64,000 nt of DNA from Candidatus Parcubacteria bacterium (GTDB lineage: Bacteria; Patescibacteriota; Patescibacteriia; Patescibacteriales; UBA12075), in the NCBI GenBank assembly GCA_023132155.1, contig JAGLYP010000023.1:11504-75503 (forward strand), written 5' to 3'. The notes below the pieces were generated by a model, which saw nothing but the letters and a program-made list of their open reading frames with translations, was not told where the DNA came from and made no database searches. Positions 20,976 through 33,000 of the stretch are shown piece after piece; position 1 is the first letter of the stretch; the number at the start of each line of letters is the position of its first letter. The translations under genes were made by a program, and so were the position numbers.

Positions 20976-21413
20976 ATGTCAAATAAACTTATTAAATTTG
21001 AAATAGTCACACCTGAACGAGTTGTATTAAAAGAGCAAGTTGTTCAAATAACCGTGCCGACAAAACAGGGCGAGATTACTGTTTTACCAAATCATATTCC
21101 ATTGGTAGCGAGTTTAATGCCTGGCGTGATTGAAATTATTAGAGAAGACGGAAACAGCGAAATTATGTCTGTATCAGGCGGATTTATTGAGGTTTTAAAA
21201 GATAAAGTGGTTATTTTGGCCGATACCGCTGAAATGGCCGAAGAAATTGACATGACAAGAGTTGAAGAAGCCAGGGAAAGAGCGGAAAAAACCGTTAAAG
21301 AGTTAAGGCATTTTGACCGCGAAAGATTTGCGGGTATCAATGCCGGGATTGCCAAGGAATTGGCAAGAAGCAGGGCCGTGAAGAGATGGAAGAAGATTAA
21401 AAAAATTGATTAA
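20976..21413 (+). CDS. atpC: ATP synthase F1 subunit epsilon
   Basis: EIVTPE, GEITVLPNHIP, VSGGFIEV, ILADTAE. Confidence 0.95.
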   Translation: MSNKLIKFEIVTPERVVLKEQVVQITVPTKQGEITVLPNHIPLVASLMPGVIEIIREDGNSEIMSVSGGFIEVLKDKVVILADTAEMAEEIDMTRVEEARERAEKTVKELRHFDRERFAGINAGIAKELARSRAVKRWKKIKKID

Positions 21414-21437
21414 TATTTTTGGTAAATATTTTTAGTA

Positions 21438-21481
21438 TGTTAAGCCCATTGAAAAGTGAACACTTTTCAATGGGCTTAACA
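21438..21481. terminator. 21-bp perfect inverted repeat after atp operon
   Basis: TGTTAAGCCCATTGAAAAGTG-AA-CACTTTTCAATGGGCTTAACA. Confidence 0.65.
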
Positions 21482-21485
21482 GGTC

Positions 21486-21549
21486 TTGACAGTAAGTGAA
21501 AAAGTGATAGAATAATATTGTGTTAGCACTCTCACTCTCACAGTGCTAA
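21486..21549 (+). promoter_or_regulatory. Sigma70 promoter plus CIRCE (HrcA operator) for groESL
   Basis: TTGACA 21486 / TAGAAT 21508; TTAGCACTC-N9-CAGTGCTAA at 21523-21549 (one mismatch to CIRCE). Confidence 0.9.
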
Positions 21550-21595
21550 TTATTTTTTTTAAAATTAAACCAAAAATTAAATAATTAATTTTATC

Positions 21596-21675
21596 CACAG
21601 CGAAAAGCGTACAGTACACAGCATAAATTATGTTGTATGATATGTGATGTGTGTTGCGTGCTACGTGTTGTGTGA
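21596..21675. repeat. Degenerate head-to-head heptamer array in groES leader
   Basis: cacagcg..tacagtacacagca then tgttgtatgatatgtgatgtgtgttgcgtgctacgtgttgtgtg. Confidence 0.6.
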
Positions 21676-21686
21676 TTCACATTTCT

Positions 21687-21977
21687 ATGAATATCAAACC
21701 AATTCATGACAAAGTGGCTGTAAAGCCGATTGTCAAAGATGAAGTTACAAAATCAGGAATTGTTTTGCCTGATACCGTTGATAAAGAGCGTCCTGAAAAA
21801 GGCGAAGTCGTTGCCGTTGGAGCGGGACGAATTCTTGACAACGGACAAACAGCGCCAATGAGCGTAAAAGTCGGCGATATTGTTATATTTAAAAAATATT
21901 CTCCTGATGAAATAAAAATTGACGGAGAAGAATACTTGGTTATATCAGAAGGAGATATAATGGCAATAATTAATTAA
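21687..21977 (+). CDS. groES: Co-chaperonin GroES
   Basis: MNIKPIHDKV, TKSGIVLPDT, GEVVAVGAG. Confidence 0.96.
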   Translation: MNIKPIHDKVAVKPIVKDEVTKSGIVLPDTVDKERPEKGEVVAVGAGRILDNGQTAPMSVKVGDIVIFKKYSPDEIKIDGEEYLVISEGDIMAIIN

Positions 21978-21982
21978 ATTTT

Positions 21983-23744
<1,762 letters not shown>

Positions 23745-23804
23745 AATGATTTAGGATTTATGATTTAGGATTTATGGTATAAATTAAGAGTTGAAAGATA
23801 ATTT

Positions 23805-23849
23805 AAAAAATCCGCCCCGCCTCTCGCGAGAGGTCGGGGCGGATTTTTT
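23805..23849. terminator. TCGCGA-core REP hairpin acting as groEL terminator
   Basis: AAAAAATCCGCCCCGCCTCTCGCGAGAGGTCGGGGCGGATTTTTT. Confidence 0.8.
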
Positions 23850-23943
23850 GTTTGCATAATTTTTAAAAATATAATATAATATAATTAAATGTGAATAAGC
23901 CATAGTTTTAATAATCATTAATCCTAACAAAAGGAGGTACGAA

Positions 23944-24468
23944 ATGAACAAAAAAATTGGCTTATGTATGTTGTTAGGCGCATTTTGCGCATTGTTTTTG
24001 GTAGCGGGCGCGACAGCCGACTTCATGGTGTCCCAGATGGCGATTACAGATTGCAGCATAAACGAGACAACCGAAAATCCAGTGAGGGATATGGTTGTTA
24101 TTACTGACGCGTTAACTGCACAGGAGGTCAGTTATCTCGTTTTTAACACTATTACGCCTGACATGATGGCAGCCGACGACACAGCGATCGGTCTTTGTGA
24201 ATTCGTAACGGCTAACGAGGCAACCGAAAATCCAGCGACGGATGTGGTTGTTATTACTGATGCGTTAACTGCACAGGAGGTCAGTTATCTCGTTTTTGAC
24301 ACTATTACGGTTGATGGTGTGACTAACAAAGACATCACAAATGACATCAGGAAATTTGTAACGGCTCAGGAGGTCCGTTCCCCCGTTTTTTGCTCTGTAC
24401 ATACAGCGGCGGATGAGTCTTCATTTTTCGCAGTCAAAGGCCATGTCGGCTATTGGTTAATGCTATAG
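23944..24468 (+). CDS. Secreted hypothetical protein with a 51-aa-period internal duplication
   Basis: Signal peptide, SD AGGAGGT; 96-bp near-identical repeat 24061-24156 / 24214-24309. Confidence 0.65.
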   Translation: MNKKIGLCMLLGAFCALFLVAGATADFMVSQMAITDCSINETTENPVRDMVVITDALTAQEVSYLVFNTITPDMMAADDTAIGLCEFVTANEATENPATDVVVITDALTAQEVSYLVFDTITVDGVTNKDITNDIRKFVTAQEVRSPVFCSVHTAADESSFFAVKGHVGYWLML

Positions 24469-24655
24469 TATACCATCTCCTTCCCTCTTTAAGTAGGGAA
24501 AATAGCGACCATAAGCCCGTAATTCCCCCTGACCTTTAATTGAGTGTTAAGAAAGCTCTATTATCGGTCAGGGCTTTCTTTTATTTTTAATTGCCTATTT
24601 TTGTTTATTATTATATAATCTAATTAAGCTTATAATATAATAATTTTCATAAATT

Positions 24656-25735
24656 ATGGAAAATAGTAAAAAACCGGTATATATCAATATTACCGCCATG
24701 GGGGTGGTAAAAATCATTTTAATTTTAGTTGTTTTTTATTTTTTATTTTTAATCAGGGAAATATTGGCAATATTGTTTGTTTCTTTGATTTTTGCCAGTG
24801 CGGTTGATCCTTGGGTTGATTGGATGCAAAGCAAAAAAATTCCCCGCGGATTGGGAGTTATTTTTATTTATTTGGTGATGTTTGGCGTGGTTGGCGCCGT
24901 AGTGGTCGCGATTATTCCTCCTATTATTGAACAAACCAATGAATTGCTTGCGAATTTTCCAGCGATATTTGAAAAAGTAATTTCCGGATTCCAGTATTTG
25001 CGCGATTATTCAATTGAGCATGGCATATTTGACAGTATAAAAGAGAATTTTGGTTCTCTTAGCGCTAATCTGCAAAATGCCGCCGGCGGAGTTTTTTCAA
25101 CGGTTTCCGGAATTTTTGGCGGAATTGTTTCTTTCTTTTTTGTTTTAATAATGACTTTTTATATGGTTGTTGAAGAAAACGCTCTTAAGAAAATCGTTTG
25201 GTCTGTCGCGCCGGAAAAGCATCAGATTTATATTATTAAATTAGTCAACCGCATGCAGAAAAAAATTGGTTTGTGGCTGCGCGGACAGTTAATATTATCT
25301 TTAATTATTTTTACTTTAACATATATAGGACTTCTTATATTGGGTGTTAAATATGCATTGGTACTGGCTTTAATAGCCGGTTTAACCGAATTTGTGCCGT
25401 ATTTAGGTCCGATTTTAGCTTCTGTACCGGCAATATTCCTTGCCTACACTCAAGAGCCTGTCTTAGCGATATTTGTGTTGGTTTTGTACTATGTTATCCA
25501 ATTAGTGGAAAATAATATTATAGTGCCGAAATTAATGCAAAAAGTAATCGGTTTGAATCCAATCATCAGTATCGCCGTGCTGCTAATCGGGTTTAAAGTT
25601 GCCGGCATAGTTGGGGCGATTTTATCAATTCCGGTTGCTACGGCCGTATCCGTATTTCTTTATGATTTGTTTGAAAGCAAGGTTAGCGGCCAATCTGCTG
25701 AAATAGATTCTTTTGAACAATCTCTTGACAGATGA
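24656..25735 (+). CDS. AI-2E family transporter
   Basis: WLRGQL, EFVPYLGP, QLVENNIIVPKL, GAILSIP. Confidence 0.9.
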   Translation: MENSKKPVYINITAMGVVKIILILVVFYFLFLIREILAILFVSLIFASAVDPWVDWMQSKKIPRGLGVIFIYLVMFGVVGAVVVAIIPPIIEQTNELLANFPAIFEKVISGFQYLRDYSIEHGIFDSIKENFGSLSANLQNAAGGVFSTVSGIFGGIVSFFFVLIMTFYMVVEENALKKIVWSVAPEKHQIYIIKLVNRMQKKIGLWLRGQLILSLIIFTLTYIGLLILGVKYALVLALIAGLTEFVPYLGPILASVPAIFLAYTQEPVLAIFVLVLYYVIQLVENNIIVPKLMQKVIGLNPIISIAVLLIGFKVAGIVGAILSIPVATAVSVFLYDLFESKVSGQSAEIDSFEQSLDR

Positions 25736-25802
25736 GTAAAATCTGTTAAGATTAAACATCCAAAGTAAATACACAATTTTAATTTAACAAGGAGGTATCA
25801 CA

Positions 25803-26222
25803 ATGCTATTATCTTGTTCTTTACGTACGGAAACCAGATTGGCGATGATCCAATCACTTCGGATTGTCGGCGGCGCTACGGCGTCTATTTTTCCACAGGC
25901 GGAGGCAATGTTGCTTGGCAGTAATGATTACCAGAGTGCGCTTGAGTATGTGGCGGTCCGCAAGAGGATGAGCAGATATTGGTCTGTAATTGATTTCCTT
26001 TTCTGCGAGCTTCATCCGAGATGGCGCATAGCATGTTTTCGTTTTTACGCGGGCAATGGTCCGCGGCTCAAAGATCAAATCACGTCCGAACAGCTCGCGA
26101 CGTACAACAAACGATTGCTTAAAGCCATTGAGGTGGCTTACGACCTGTTTTGCGAACAACATCGTGAGAATTGGGGCTGGTACAGCGAGCAGGTGGAAGA
26201 AGCCATCAGAGCTGCCGCCTGA
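25803..26222 (+). CDS. Hypothetical protein
   Basis: SD AAGGAGGT, own TTGACA/TAAGAT promoter overlapping the upstream stop, visibly higher GC. Confidence 0.65.
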   Translation: MLLSCSLRTETRLAMIQSLRIVGGATASIFPQAEAMLLGSNDYQSALEYVAVRKRMSRYWSVIDFLFCELHPRWRIACFRFYAGNGPRLKDQITSEQLATYNKRLLKAIEVAYDLFCEQHRENWGWYSEQVEEAIRAAA

Positions 26223-26461
26223 ATCTTAACTGTAAACAGAAAAAGACGCGCGCAATGGCGCGTAAATTTAACCCCCGCGAACAGCAAGTTTATATGAATT
26301 TTGCTTAACGGGGGTTTATGTTTTTTATAAAGGAACTTAGCCCCTTATACGAAACTTGACATTTTTATTGGTATTTTTTGTGTTTTCCTGTATAATACAT
26401 AGTATAAGTGTGCCTTGTGGAAAAGACGCAAAATTAATTATTTAATAATAAATCAAAAATT

Positions 26462-26743
26462 ATGGCGAAAATGACAAAATCGCAATTGCTAACCGCATTA
26501 GCCGAGGCTACAGGGCTTAGCAAAAAAGACGTTGCTAATTTATTTGATAAATTGGCAGCTTTAGCCTATAGCGAGGTTAAAAAAGACGGAGAATTTGTAT
26601 TGCCCGGTTTTGGAAAGCTTGTAAAAGCTTATCGTAAGGCAAGAATGGGCAGGAATCCCGCCACAGGCGAGGAAATTAAAATTGCGGCAAAAACAGTTGT
26701 TAAGTTCCGTTTAGCAAAAGCCGCGAAAGACGCTGTATTATAA
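26462..26743 (+). CDS. hup: DNA-binding protein HU
   Basis: MTKSQL, LPGFGKL, RMGRNPATGEEIKI. Confidence 0.93.
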   Translation: MAKMTKSQLLTALAEATGLSKKDVANLFDKLAALAYSEVKKDGEFVLPGFGKLVKAYRKARMGRNPATGEEIKIAAKTVVKFRLAKAAKDAVL

Positions 26744-26760
26744 AAAAAGTGTATAAAATA

Positions 26761-26784
26761 CCCCGCCCCTCGCGAGGGGCGGGG
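26761..26784. terminator. TCGCGA-core REP palindrome between convergent genes
   Basis: CCCCGCCCCTCGCGAGGGGCGGGG, perfect palindrome. Confidence 0.8.
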
Positions 26785-27111
26785 TTATTTTTGCCAATTT
26801 TCAATATATTGGCCGATTCCGTTTTGGTAGAGCTTGTTTCGCAGTTTTTTGTTTGAATGCAGATAATGAAGCGCTGATTTAAGATCCGTTTGGTAGCGAT
26901 TTTTAACTATTTTATATGTTATATTATTATTTTGAATAGCCCTTCTAATGGTTCTTGAATTTACTCCGCCAAGTTTTGCGGTTTCGGATACGGAAACCCA
27001 GATTGGATTTTTTATTTCAGTTAAAATAAGAATTTTTTCATCTTCTTTCTTTTTTTTACTATGCGATTTTTTTTTAATAAGGGGATCTGAAATTATTGTT
27101 TTTTCTGTCAT
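26785..27111 (-). CDS. Excisionase/MerR-like helix-turn-helix DNA-binding protein
   Basis: WVSVSETAKLGGVNSRTIRRAI...RY. Confidence 0.7.
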   Translation of the reverse strand: MTEKTIISDPLIKKKSHSKKKKEDEKILILTEIKNPIWVSVSETAKLGGVNSRTIRRAIQNNNITYKIVKNRYQTDLKSALHYLHSNKKLRNKLYQNGIGQYIENWQK

Positions 27112-27124
27112 ATATTAATATTTA

Positions 27125-27270
27125 AGTCTAGGTTAGCCTAGACTAAAGTATTAAAAAAATCTAATATTAAGTATTTTTTATATTTAAGTCTAGGTTAGTG
27201 TGGACTAAAGTATTGAAAAAATAATATAAAATAATAATATTTTTTATCAAAGTCTAGGCTGGTATAGACT
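27125..27270. promoter_or_regulatory. Three phased 20-bp palindromic sites upstream of the HTH gene
   Basis: AGTCTAGGTTAGCCTAGACT (27125), AGTCTAGGTTAGTGTGGACT (27187), AGTCTAGGCTGGTATAGACT (27251); periods 62 and 64 bp. Confidence 0.75.
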
Positions 27271-27328
27271 TAAGTTGATTTGTTTTTCTATTTTTGCATA
27301 AATAAAGAAAAAAAGCAAGACCCCTTTT

Positions 27329-27535
27329 GTCATTCCCGACACACAATAGCCCCGCAGAGAAATTATATTAAATGATTGGGAATCTCTTTAAGAGCATCTA
27401 AACTATTTTTTAAAATAATTGTTAATATAATATTCTATTTACGTGTTTTGCTATTTTTTATGTTCGTGGTTTTTTACGAGATCTCCGATCATTTAATATA
27501 ATTTCCCTGCGGGGCTATTGTGTGTCGGAGATGAC
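27329..27535. repeat. Inverted pair of GTCAT-type REP elements (REPIN/MITE-like)
   Basis: 27329-27385 and reverse complement 27479-27535, about 57 bp each. Confidence 0.85.
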
Positions 27536-27743
27536 AAAAATAGGGGTTTTTATTGCAATTCCCGTCTGTATATGCTAAAGTTTTGTTAATATCAACATAA
27601 CAATATTTCTTCATAATATAAGGAATTCCGCATATATTATTAATAAATTTGTTATATAAAAAAAGAAAAAAAGACCAAAAAAGTCTTTATTTTTTCTTTT
27701 TCTTGTGGAATAAATAATGTAAATTCACATTAATATATTCAAG

Positions 27744-27769
27744 TGTAACGTTTTTAGATATTTTACGTA
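27744..27769 (+). promoter_or_regulatory. Putative ECF-sigma autoregulatory promoter
   Basis: TGTAAC-N16-CGTA about 60 bp upstream of the ECF sigma gene; matches the SigW/SigX-type AAC/CGT pattern. Confidence 0.65.
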
Positions 27770-27829
27770 TTATTATATAGATGAGTTTAATAGGCGAATT
27801 TTATTATATTAAATTCATTTCTCATTTAA

Positions 27830-28387
27830 ATGAGCGCTAAGCGAATTAAAGATAAAATTTTATATCTACGATTGAAGCAGAAAGACAAGGAGGCTTTTAT
27901 TAAAGCCTACGATAATTATATTAATGATATATATCGCTTTATATATTTCAAAGTAGGCAGTAAAGAAGATGCCGAGGACATTACCTCGCAAGTTTTTTTA
28001 AAGTCATGGGATTATATTCAAAATAATGATTTATTGGAATATAAAACCATAAAGGCGTTTTTTTATCGCGTAGCGCGGAATATCATAATTGATCATTATC
28101 GCGGCAAGAACACTCAGGCAAATATCAGTATTGATAACAAGGAAAATCAGATTGACATAATAGACGAAAAAGTTGATTTAGGCAAAGAAGTGGATTTAAA
28201 AAATGATATAAAAAATCTCCAACAAGCCATGCGGGAATTAAAAGATGAATATCGCGAAGTTTTGATGCTTAGGTATATAAATGAGTTATCCATCAAAGAA
28301 ATCGCGGAAATTCTTGATAAAAGCAAAGGCAATGTTCGCGTACTAATTTTTAGAGCAATCAAGGCATTGAAGAATATCGTGAATTAG
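27830..28387 (+). CDS. ECF RNA polymerase sigma factor
   Basis: DAEDITSQVFLKSW, YRVARNIIIDHYR, region 4 SIKEIAEIL...NVRVLIFRA. Confidence 0.92.
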   Translation: MSAKRIKDKILYLRLKQKDKEAFIKAYDNYINDIYRFIYFKVGSKEDAEDITSQVFLKSWDYIQNNDLLEYKTIKAFFYRVARNIIIDHYRGKNTQANISIDNKENQIDIIDEKVDLGKEVDLKNDIKNLQQAMRELKDEYREVLMLRYINELSIKEIAEILDKSKGNVRVLIFRAIKALKNIVN

Positions 28388-28461
28388 ATTTCACGCGTTT
28401 TAGGAGCTAAGCTCCTAAAATATTTAATTTAAAAAGCCCCATCGCCATAAATAATTATTTT

Positions 28462-29466
28462 ATGAACGACAAACAGCTATTCAAAGAATTTAAAAAAATA
28501 TCCTCATTTAAACCTAGTCAAACATGGAAAGCTAAAAATCGGGAGCTTTTGTTAAGCCAAATTTTTTCAGCGCAAGAGGCCCTAAAGCCAAGTTATTTTA
28601 ATTCTGTGTTAAAAGGTTTTTCATTAATACCTCAATCAGCGATGGTTGCGGTTTTTATTTTGGCAATAACTTTAAGCGGAGGTTTTTTAGGACTGCGTGC
28701 CGCGCAAAATACCGTTCCGGGCGATTCATTATATATCGCGAAAATAGCCGGTGAAAAAACCAAATTGGCTTTGACTTTTAATAATAAAAATAAGGCGCGC
28801 TTGGGTTTGGAGTTTGCGGGCAATCGCGCCAAGGAAATAAATCAGGTTTTAGCCGATACGGATGTTGTTGAGGATAAAGATGAGAAAGTGGAAAAATTGG
28901 TGTTTAATTTTCATAAGGAAATAAACGGGGCTAAGTCGCGTTTGAAAAAAATAAATAAAAATAGCGAGCCGGCTAATAGTAAAAAAGAGAGTGAAAAAAC
29001 GCCGGTTGCCAGCCCTGAAAATAATTTAGCGCAAAATCAAACAGAAGAAAATGAATTGGCAAAAGATGATAGCGAGGCAGACGATAAGGAACCTCAGGTG
29101 TTTAGCGCGAATTTAGGAAAGGATGAAAACGGTTTGGAAATATATGACGCCAATGCGGGCGAAAGCGGAAGCGCTGTTGCTGTTGAAGAATCAGCTCTCG
29201 CGGATGAAGATGTTCAGAATGCCAGCACAACCGATGAAGGGTTCGCGGATGTTTCAACGACAAATCCCGAAGAAATATTAAAGCAAGCAGGCGATTCATT
29301 GGATAGCGATGATATAAGCGCGGCTTTAAATTTAATTGAAGAAGCCGGGCAGGTAATCAACCAAATTGAAGAAAACAGCGGAGCGACAAGCACTGAGGAT
29401 TTGAAAATTGAAGCTTTGGAGATTGAAGAGAGCGCGGCGACTACGAGTGAGGAGGGTGTAAATTAA
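28462..29466 (+). CDS. Putative anti-sigma factor, single TM, DUF5667-like domain with acidic tail
   Basis: VPGDSLYIAKIAGEK motif after a TM helix; directly follows ECF sigma. Confidence 0.6.
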   Translation: MNDKQLFKEFKKISSFKPSQTWKAKNRELLLSQIFSAQEALKPSYFNSVLKGFSLIPQSAMVAVFILAITLSGGFLGLRAAQNTVPGDSLYIAKIAGEKTKLALTFNNKNKARLGLEFAGNRAKEINQVLADTDVVEDKDEKVEKLVFNFHKEINGAKSRLKKINKNSEPANSKKESEKTPVASPENNLAQNQTEENELAKDDSEADDKEPQVFSANLGKDENGLEIYDANAGESGSAVAVEESALADEDVQNASTTDEGFADVSTTNPEEILKQAGDSLDSDDISAALNLIEEAGQVINQIEENSGATSTEDLKIEALEIEESAATTSEEGVN

Positions 29467-29479
29467 TTTTTTATTTTTT

Positions 29480-29633
29480 GTTATTGCGAGTGCCGGCGCG
29501 ACTGTCATTGCGAGCGACTATTACATTTGTCATTGCGAGCGCCAGCGAAGCAACCCCGTGGTACCTGCATTGTCCGTTGTAAATTCACGCCTATATTTTG
29601 TGGCACGGGATTGCTTCGCAAGCTCGCAATGAC
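29480..29633. repeat. GTCATTGCGAG-type REP cluster with inverted pair
   Basis: GTYATTGCGAG at 29480, 29504, 29529; inverted partner GGGATTGCTTCGCAAGCTCGCAATGAC ending 29633. Confidence 0.85.
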
Positions 29634-29760
29634 AAGTATAATACTGATCTGTCAGTTCAAAAATATTCTGAATTGACAAATCCGTATTAAGCGGAGGCGG
29701 GCGAGACCAAAAAGGTCGATTCCTAAAACAGGAAGTTTTGCTCGGATTAATTAACAACAA

Positions 29761-29987
29761 AATCTTTTAAAATTTAACGCTTTATCAATAATATTTGATA
29801 AATCAACTAAAGCTTTTCCAAGCCCCGGTTTTAACAGAGCAGGGGGCGGGAAGTATCAAAGGCTTGTCGTTGGTACCGCTTGCTCGGGAGGACAGTTCTT
29901 AATCAAAGGGTCTGTTAAGTCCGGGGCATTGGAAGCGGGATTCCGGTTGATTTATTGCTTTAACATAAAGTGTTGATTTTAAAGATT
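29761..29987 (+). ncRNA. Long rod-like structured leader / ncRNA candidate before the S-layer-like gene
   Basis: Nested pairings: 29761-29785 with 29965-29987; ATAAATCAACT with GGTTGATTTAT; TTCCAAGCCCCGG..TTAACAGA with TCTGTTAA..CCGGGGCATTGGAA. Confidence 0.55.
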
Positions 29988-30006
29988 AGAAAGGACATAA
30001 AAATTT

Positions 30007-33000
30007 ATGCAAAAATTACGCAAAGCTTTAGTTGTCAGCGTGATGGCGATCACTGTCTTGTCTCTTAGCGTGTTATCTGTACCTTTACAGGTTGACGCGG
30101 CTGCGCAAGCCGGTGATTTGATTAAAATGGATGGTCTTTCATCTGTTTATTATCTAGCCGCCGATGGCAAGCGTTACGTTTTCCCTAATGAAGCTACATA
30201 TTTTTCCTGGTACGGCGACTTTTCCGGAGTTGTGACTATTCCTCAATCTGAGTTAGAGTCTTATTCTTTGGGAGCTAATGTTACTGTTAGACCGGGAACA
30301 AAATTAATTAAAATTACCACAGATCCAAAAGTATACGCTGTTGAGCCAAACGGAAATTTAGTACACATTCCGGATGAAGCAACCGCTATTACTTTGTACG
30401 GAGCTGATTGGGCTGCACGAGTTGTTGATATCGCTGACGCGTTTTTCACCAACTACAATGTAACCGGAAATCAAACAAGCGCGACTGCTTATCCAACAGG
30501 TACTTTAGTTGATTTCGGCGGTACCGGTGATGTTTCTTACATTGACGCTGACGGAAACGCGAGAAAGATTGCTGATGAAGCAAGCTTTTTGGCAAACCGC
30601 TTTAAATGGGGTGATGTTATTGTTTCAACTTTAACAGCGCCTACTGCAGGCACTGAAGTTGCAGGTGCTGAAGAAGGTATGACTGACACATCTTCTGGCG
30701 CTGGCGGAACTGCCGGGGCTGGAACTGGATTGACTGTTGCTTTGGCGAGTGATACTCCTGCGGCTGGAAATATTCCAGATGATACCCCAGTTGAATTTTT
30801 AAAGTTTAATTTAACTGCTGCATCTGATGGTGATGTTACTGTTAACTCCGTCATTATTACCGCCTATGATTTGGGTAATTATGATAATATTGAAAATGTA
30901 ACTTTATACAGCGATGGCATTAAGATCTCATCTGAAAAAGATATCAACAGTGACGGAGAAGCTACTATTAATCTATCAAGTGGATTTTTAGTTGCTGCCG
31001 GAACTACTGAATCTTTAACTGTTCGCGCTGAAATTGATGACACTAGCGGAAACTTTGCCTTAGGTTTAGCTTCTGCTTCTGATATCGTAACTAACGGAGC
31101 AGTAGTAAGCGGATCTTTCCCAATTATCGGCAATACTAAAGCTATCGTTGATGTTACTATTGGCGATATTGAAATTGATGGTTTTGCTGCTAGTCCTGTA
31201 ACTGAAGAACTAGGAGAAGAAGATATCCTTTTAGCTGATTTTAATTTGGATAATGAAGGAAATGAAGATGTTATCTGGGAATCAGCTAGAATTGAAAATA
31301 AAGATGACGCTGGTGTTGCTGAAAATGTAAAACTTTACATTGAAGGCGACGAAGTTGCTGACGCTACTCTTAGCGGTGATTTCTATGTTTTTGACATTGG
31401 AAATTATTTAATTGAAGAGGGCGATAATATTGATGTTGAAGTAAGAGGTGACATTGGTGTTACTGACACTGATGATACTTTTAATCTTCAAATTGATGAA
31501 ATGAGTGATTTTTCATTTATGGGACAAAGATATGGCTATGGTATTGAGATGGCTGATGACGATGCGGATTTGAGCACAGGTATCGCCGTAACTTTAGAAA
31601 CTGGCGAGGTTACTATTGCTATGGATGAATCTGCTCAAGACAACGAAGTACGTTCTGGTACTGATAATGTAGTTTTAGCTGTTATCCAAATTGTTTCAAA
31701 CAGTGAAGACGCTACTATTGAAGAAATTGATGGTGGTACTGCTCAGTTTATTATTGAGCCTATCAGCGGAACAGTTGCTTTTGCTGAATTAGAAGATATT
31801 GAGCTTCATAATGTTGATGGAGGCACTTATGATGTTGATGCCGGTTCTGCTTTAGTGGGCGGAAACTGGGAATTAGATATTGATGAAGATATCTTTTTAC
31901 CAGTAGGCGAAATGCAAACTTTTGAATTATTAGCTGATATTACTGATGATATGGATGATGGAGTTGAATTACAGGTTACTTTAGAGGACGGAGCTTTTAC
32001 TATTACCGGTGAAGACTCTGATGCTGCTATTATCAATATCTCTCCTTCTAGCATTGACGCTAATGAAGTAACTATTGAAGAGGCTTCATTTGAGATGGTT
32101 GTTCAAGCCTTAACTGATGAATCAGTTGTCGGCGGCGCTTTAGATGTTTTAATTTTTGAAGCTACCTTAGAAGCTGGTGATTCTTCTGAAATTGAACTTC
32201 GATCCATTACTTTGGATGCAGAAGCTGGAAGTGACGCTTTTGATGATGATGACATTACCGATCTTAGATTAATGATTGATGGTGAAGAATTAGAAGCATT
32301 ATCCTCTGAAAGCTCTATGGACGGAACAGCTGCAGCTTATATCACATTCAACAGCTTAGATTCTACTTTAAGAGTAATTCCTGCCGGCGATATCGTAACT
32401 TTACAAGTTTATGCAGATATTGACGGAGATGCTACAGCTGGAAGTTTTGCTTTAGAAATTGACGCTGTTGCTGATATTGATGCTGACGATGAAGATGGTG
32501 ATGATGTTGTTGCCGGATCAAAAACAATTAATACTGGAACAGTTTCAAGAGATGTTACTATAGCTGAAACAGGAACTTTAAAAGTTGAGTTAAAGATTGA
32601 TGATACCGCAGCTAATAATGATGTTTACATCTTAGCTGGTACTGAAACCGTCCAAGATAGGTATCTTGGTGAATTAGTTTTTGTTACCGAGTACGAACCT
32701 ATTTTGGTTGAGACTTTGGTATTGGAGCAAACAGGTACTGCTGATAGCGGGGATATCAAATATGTTGTTTTATATGATGAAACAGGTGCCGAGGTAGCTT
32801 CTAAAGCTCCTAGCGCTGATGGTCATGTAAATTTTTCATCATTTGATATGGAATTCGCAGCTGACGAATCCACATCTCTTTTCCTCGGTGTTGTTACTAA
32901 GGGAATTAATGTTGATGGCGACGCCACTGCTACTGCCAGTTCATCCGCTACCATTAAGTTTGAAATTGCCGATGATACAGCATTAGCTGCTTTAAGTGTC

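Noticed and set aside
24061-24309. DGR template/variable repeat pair
   Set aside because: Only 3 of 6 differences are at adenines, both copies are in one ORF and no reverse transcriptase is present.
27125-27270. Mini CRISPR array
   Set aside because: Only three degenerate units, low-complexity A/T spacers and no cas genes; fits operator/iteron sites better.
29530-29760. 76-aa minus-strand ORF
   Set aside because: Translation of REP arms (CHCELAKQS, GLLRWRSQ).
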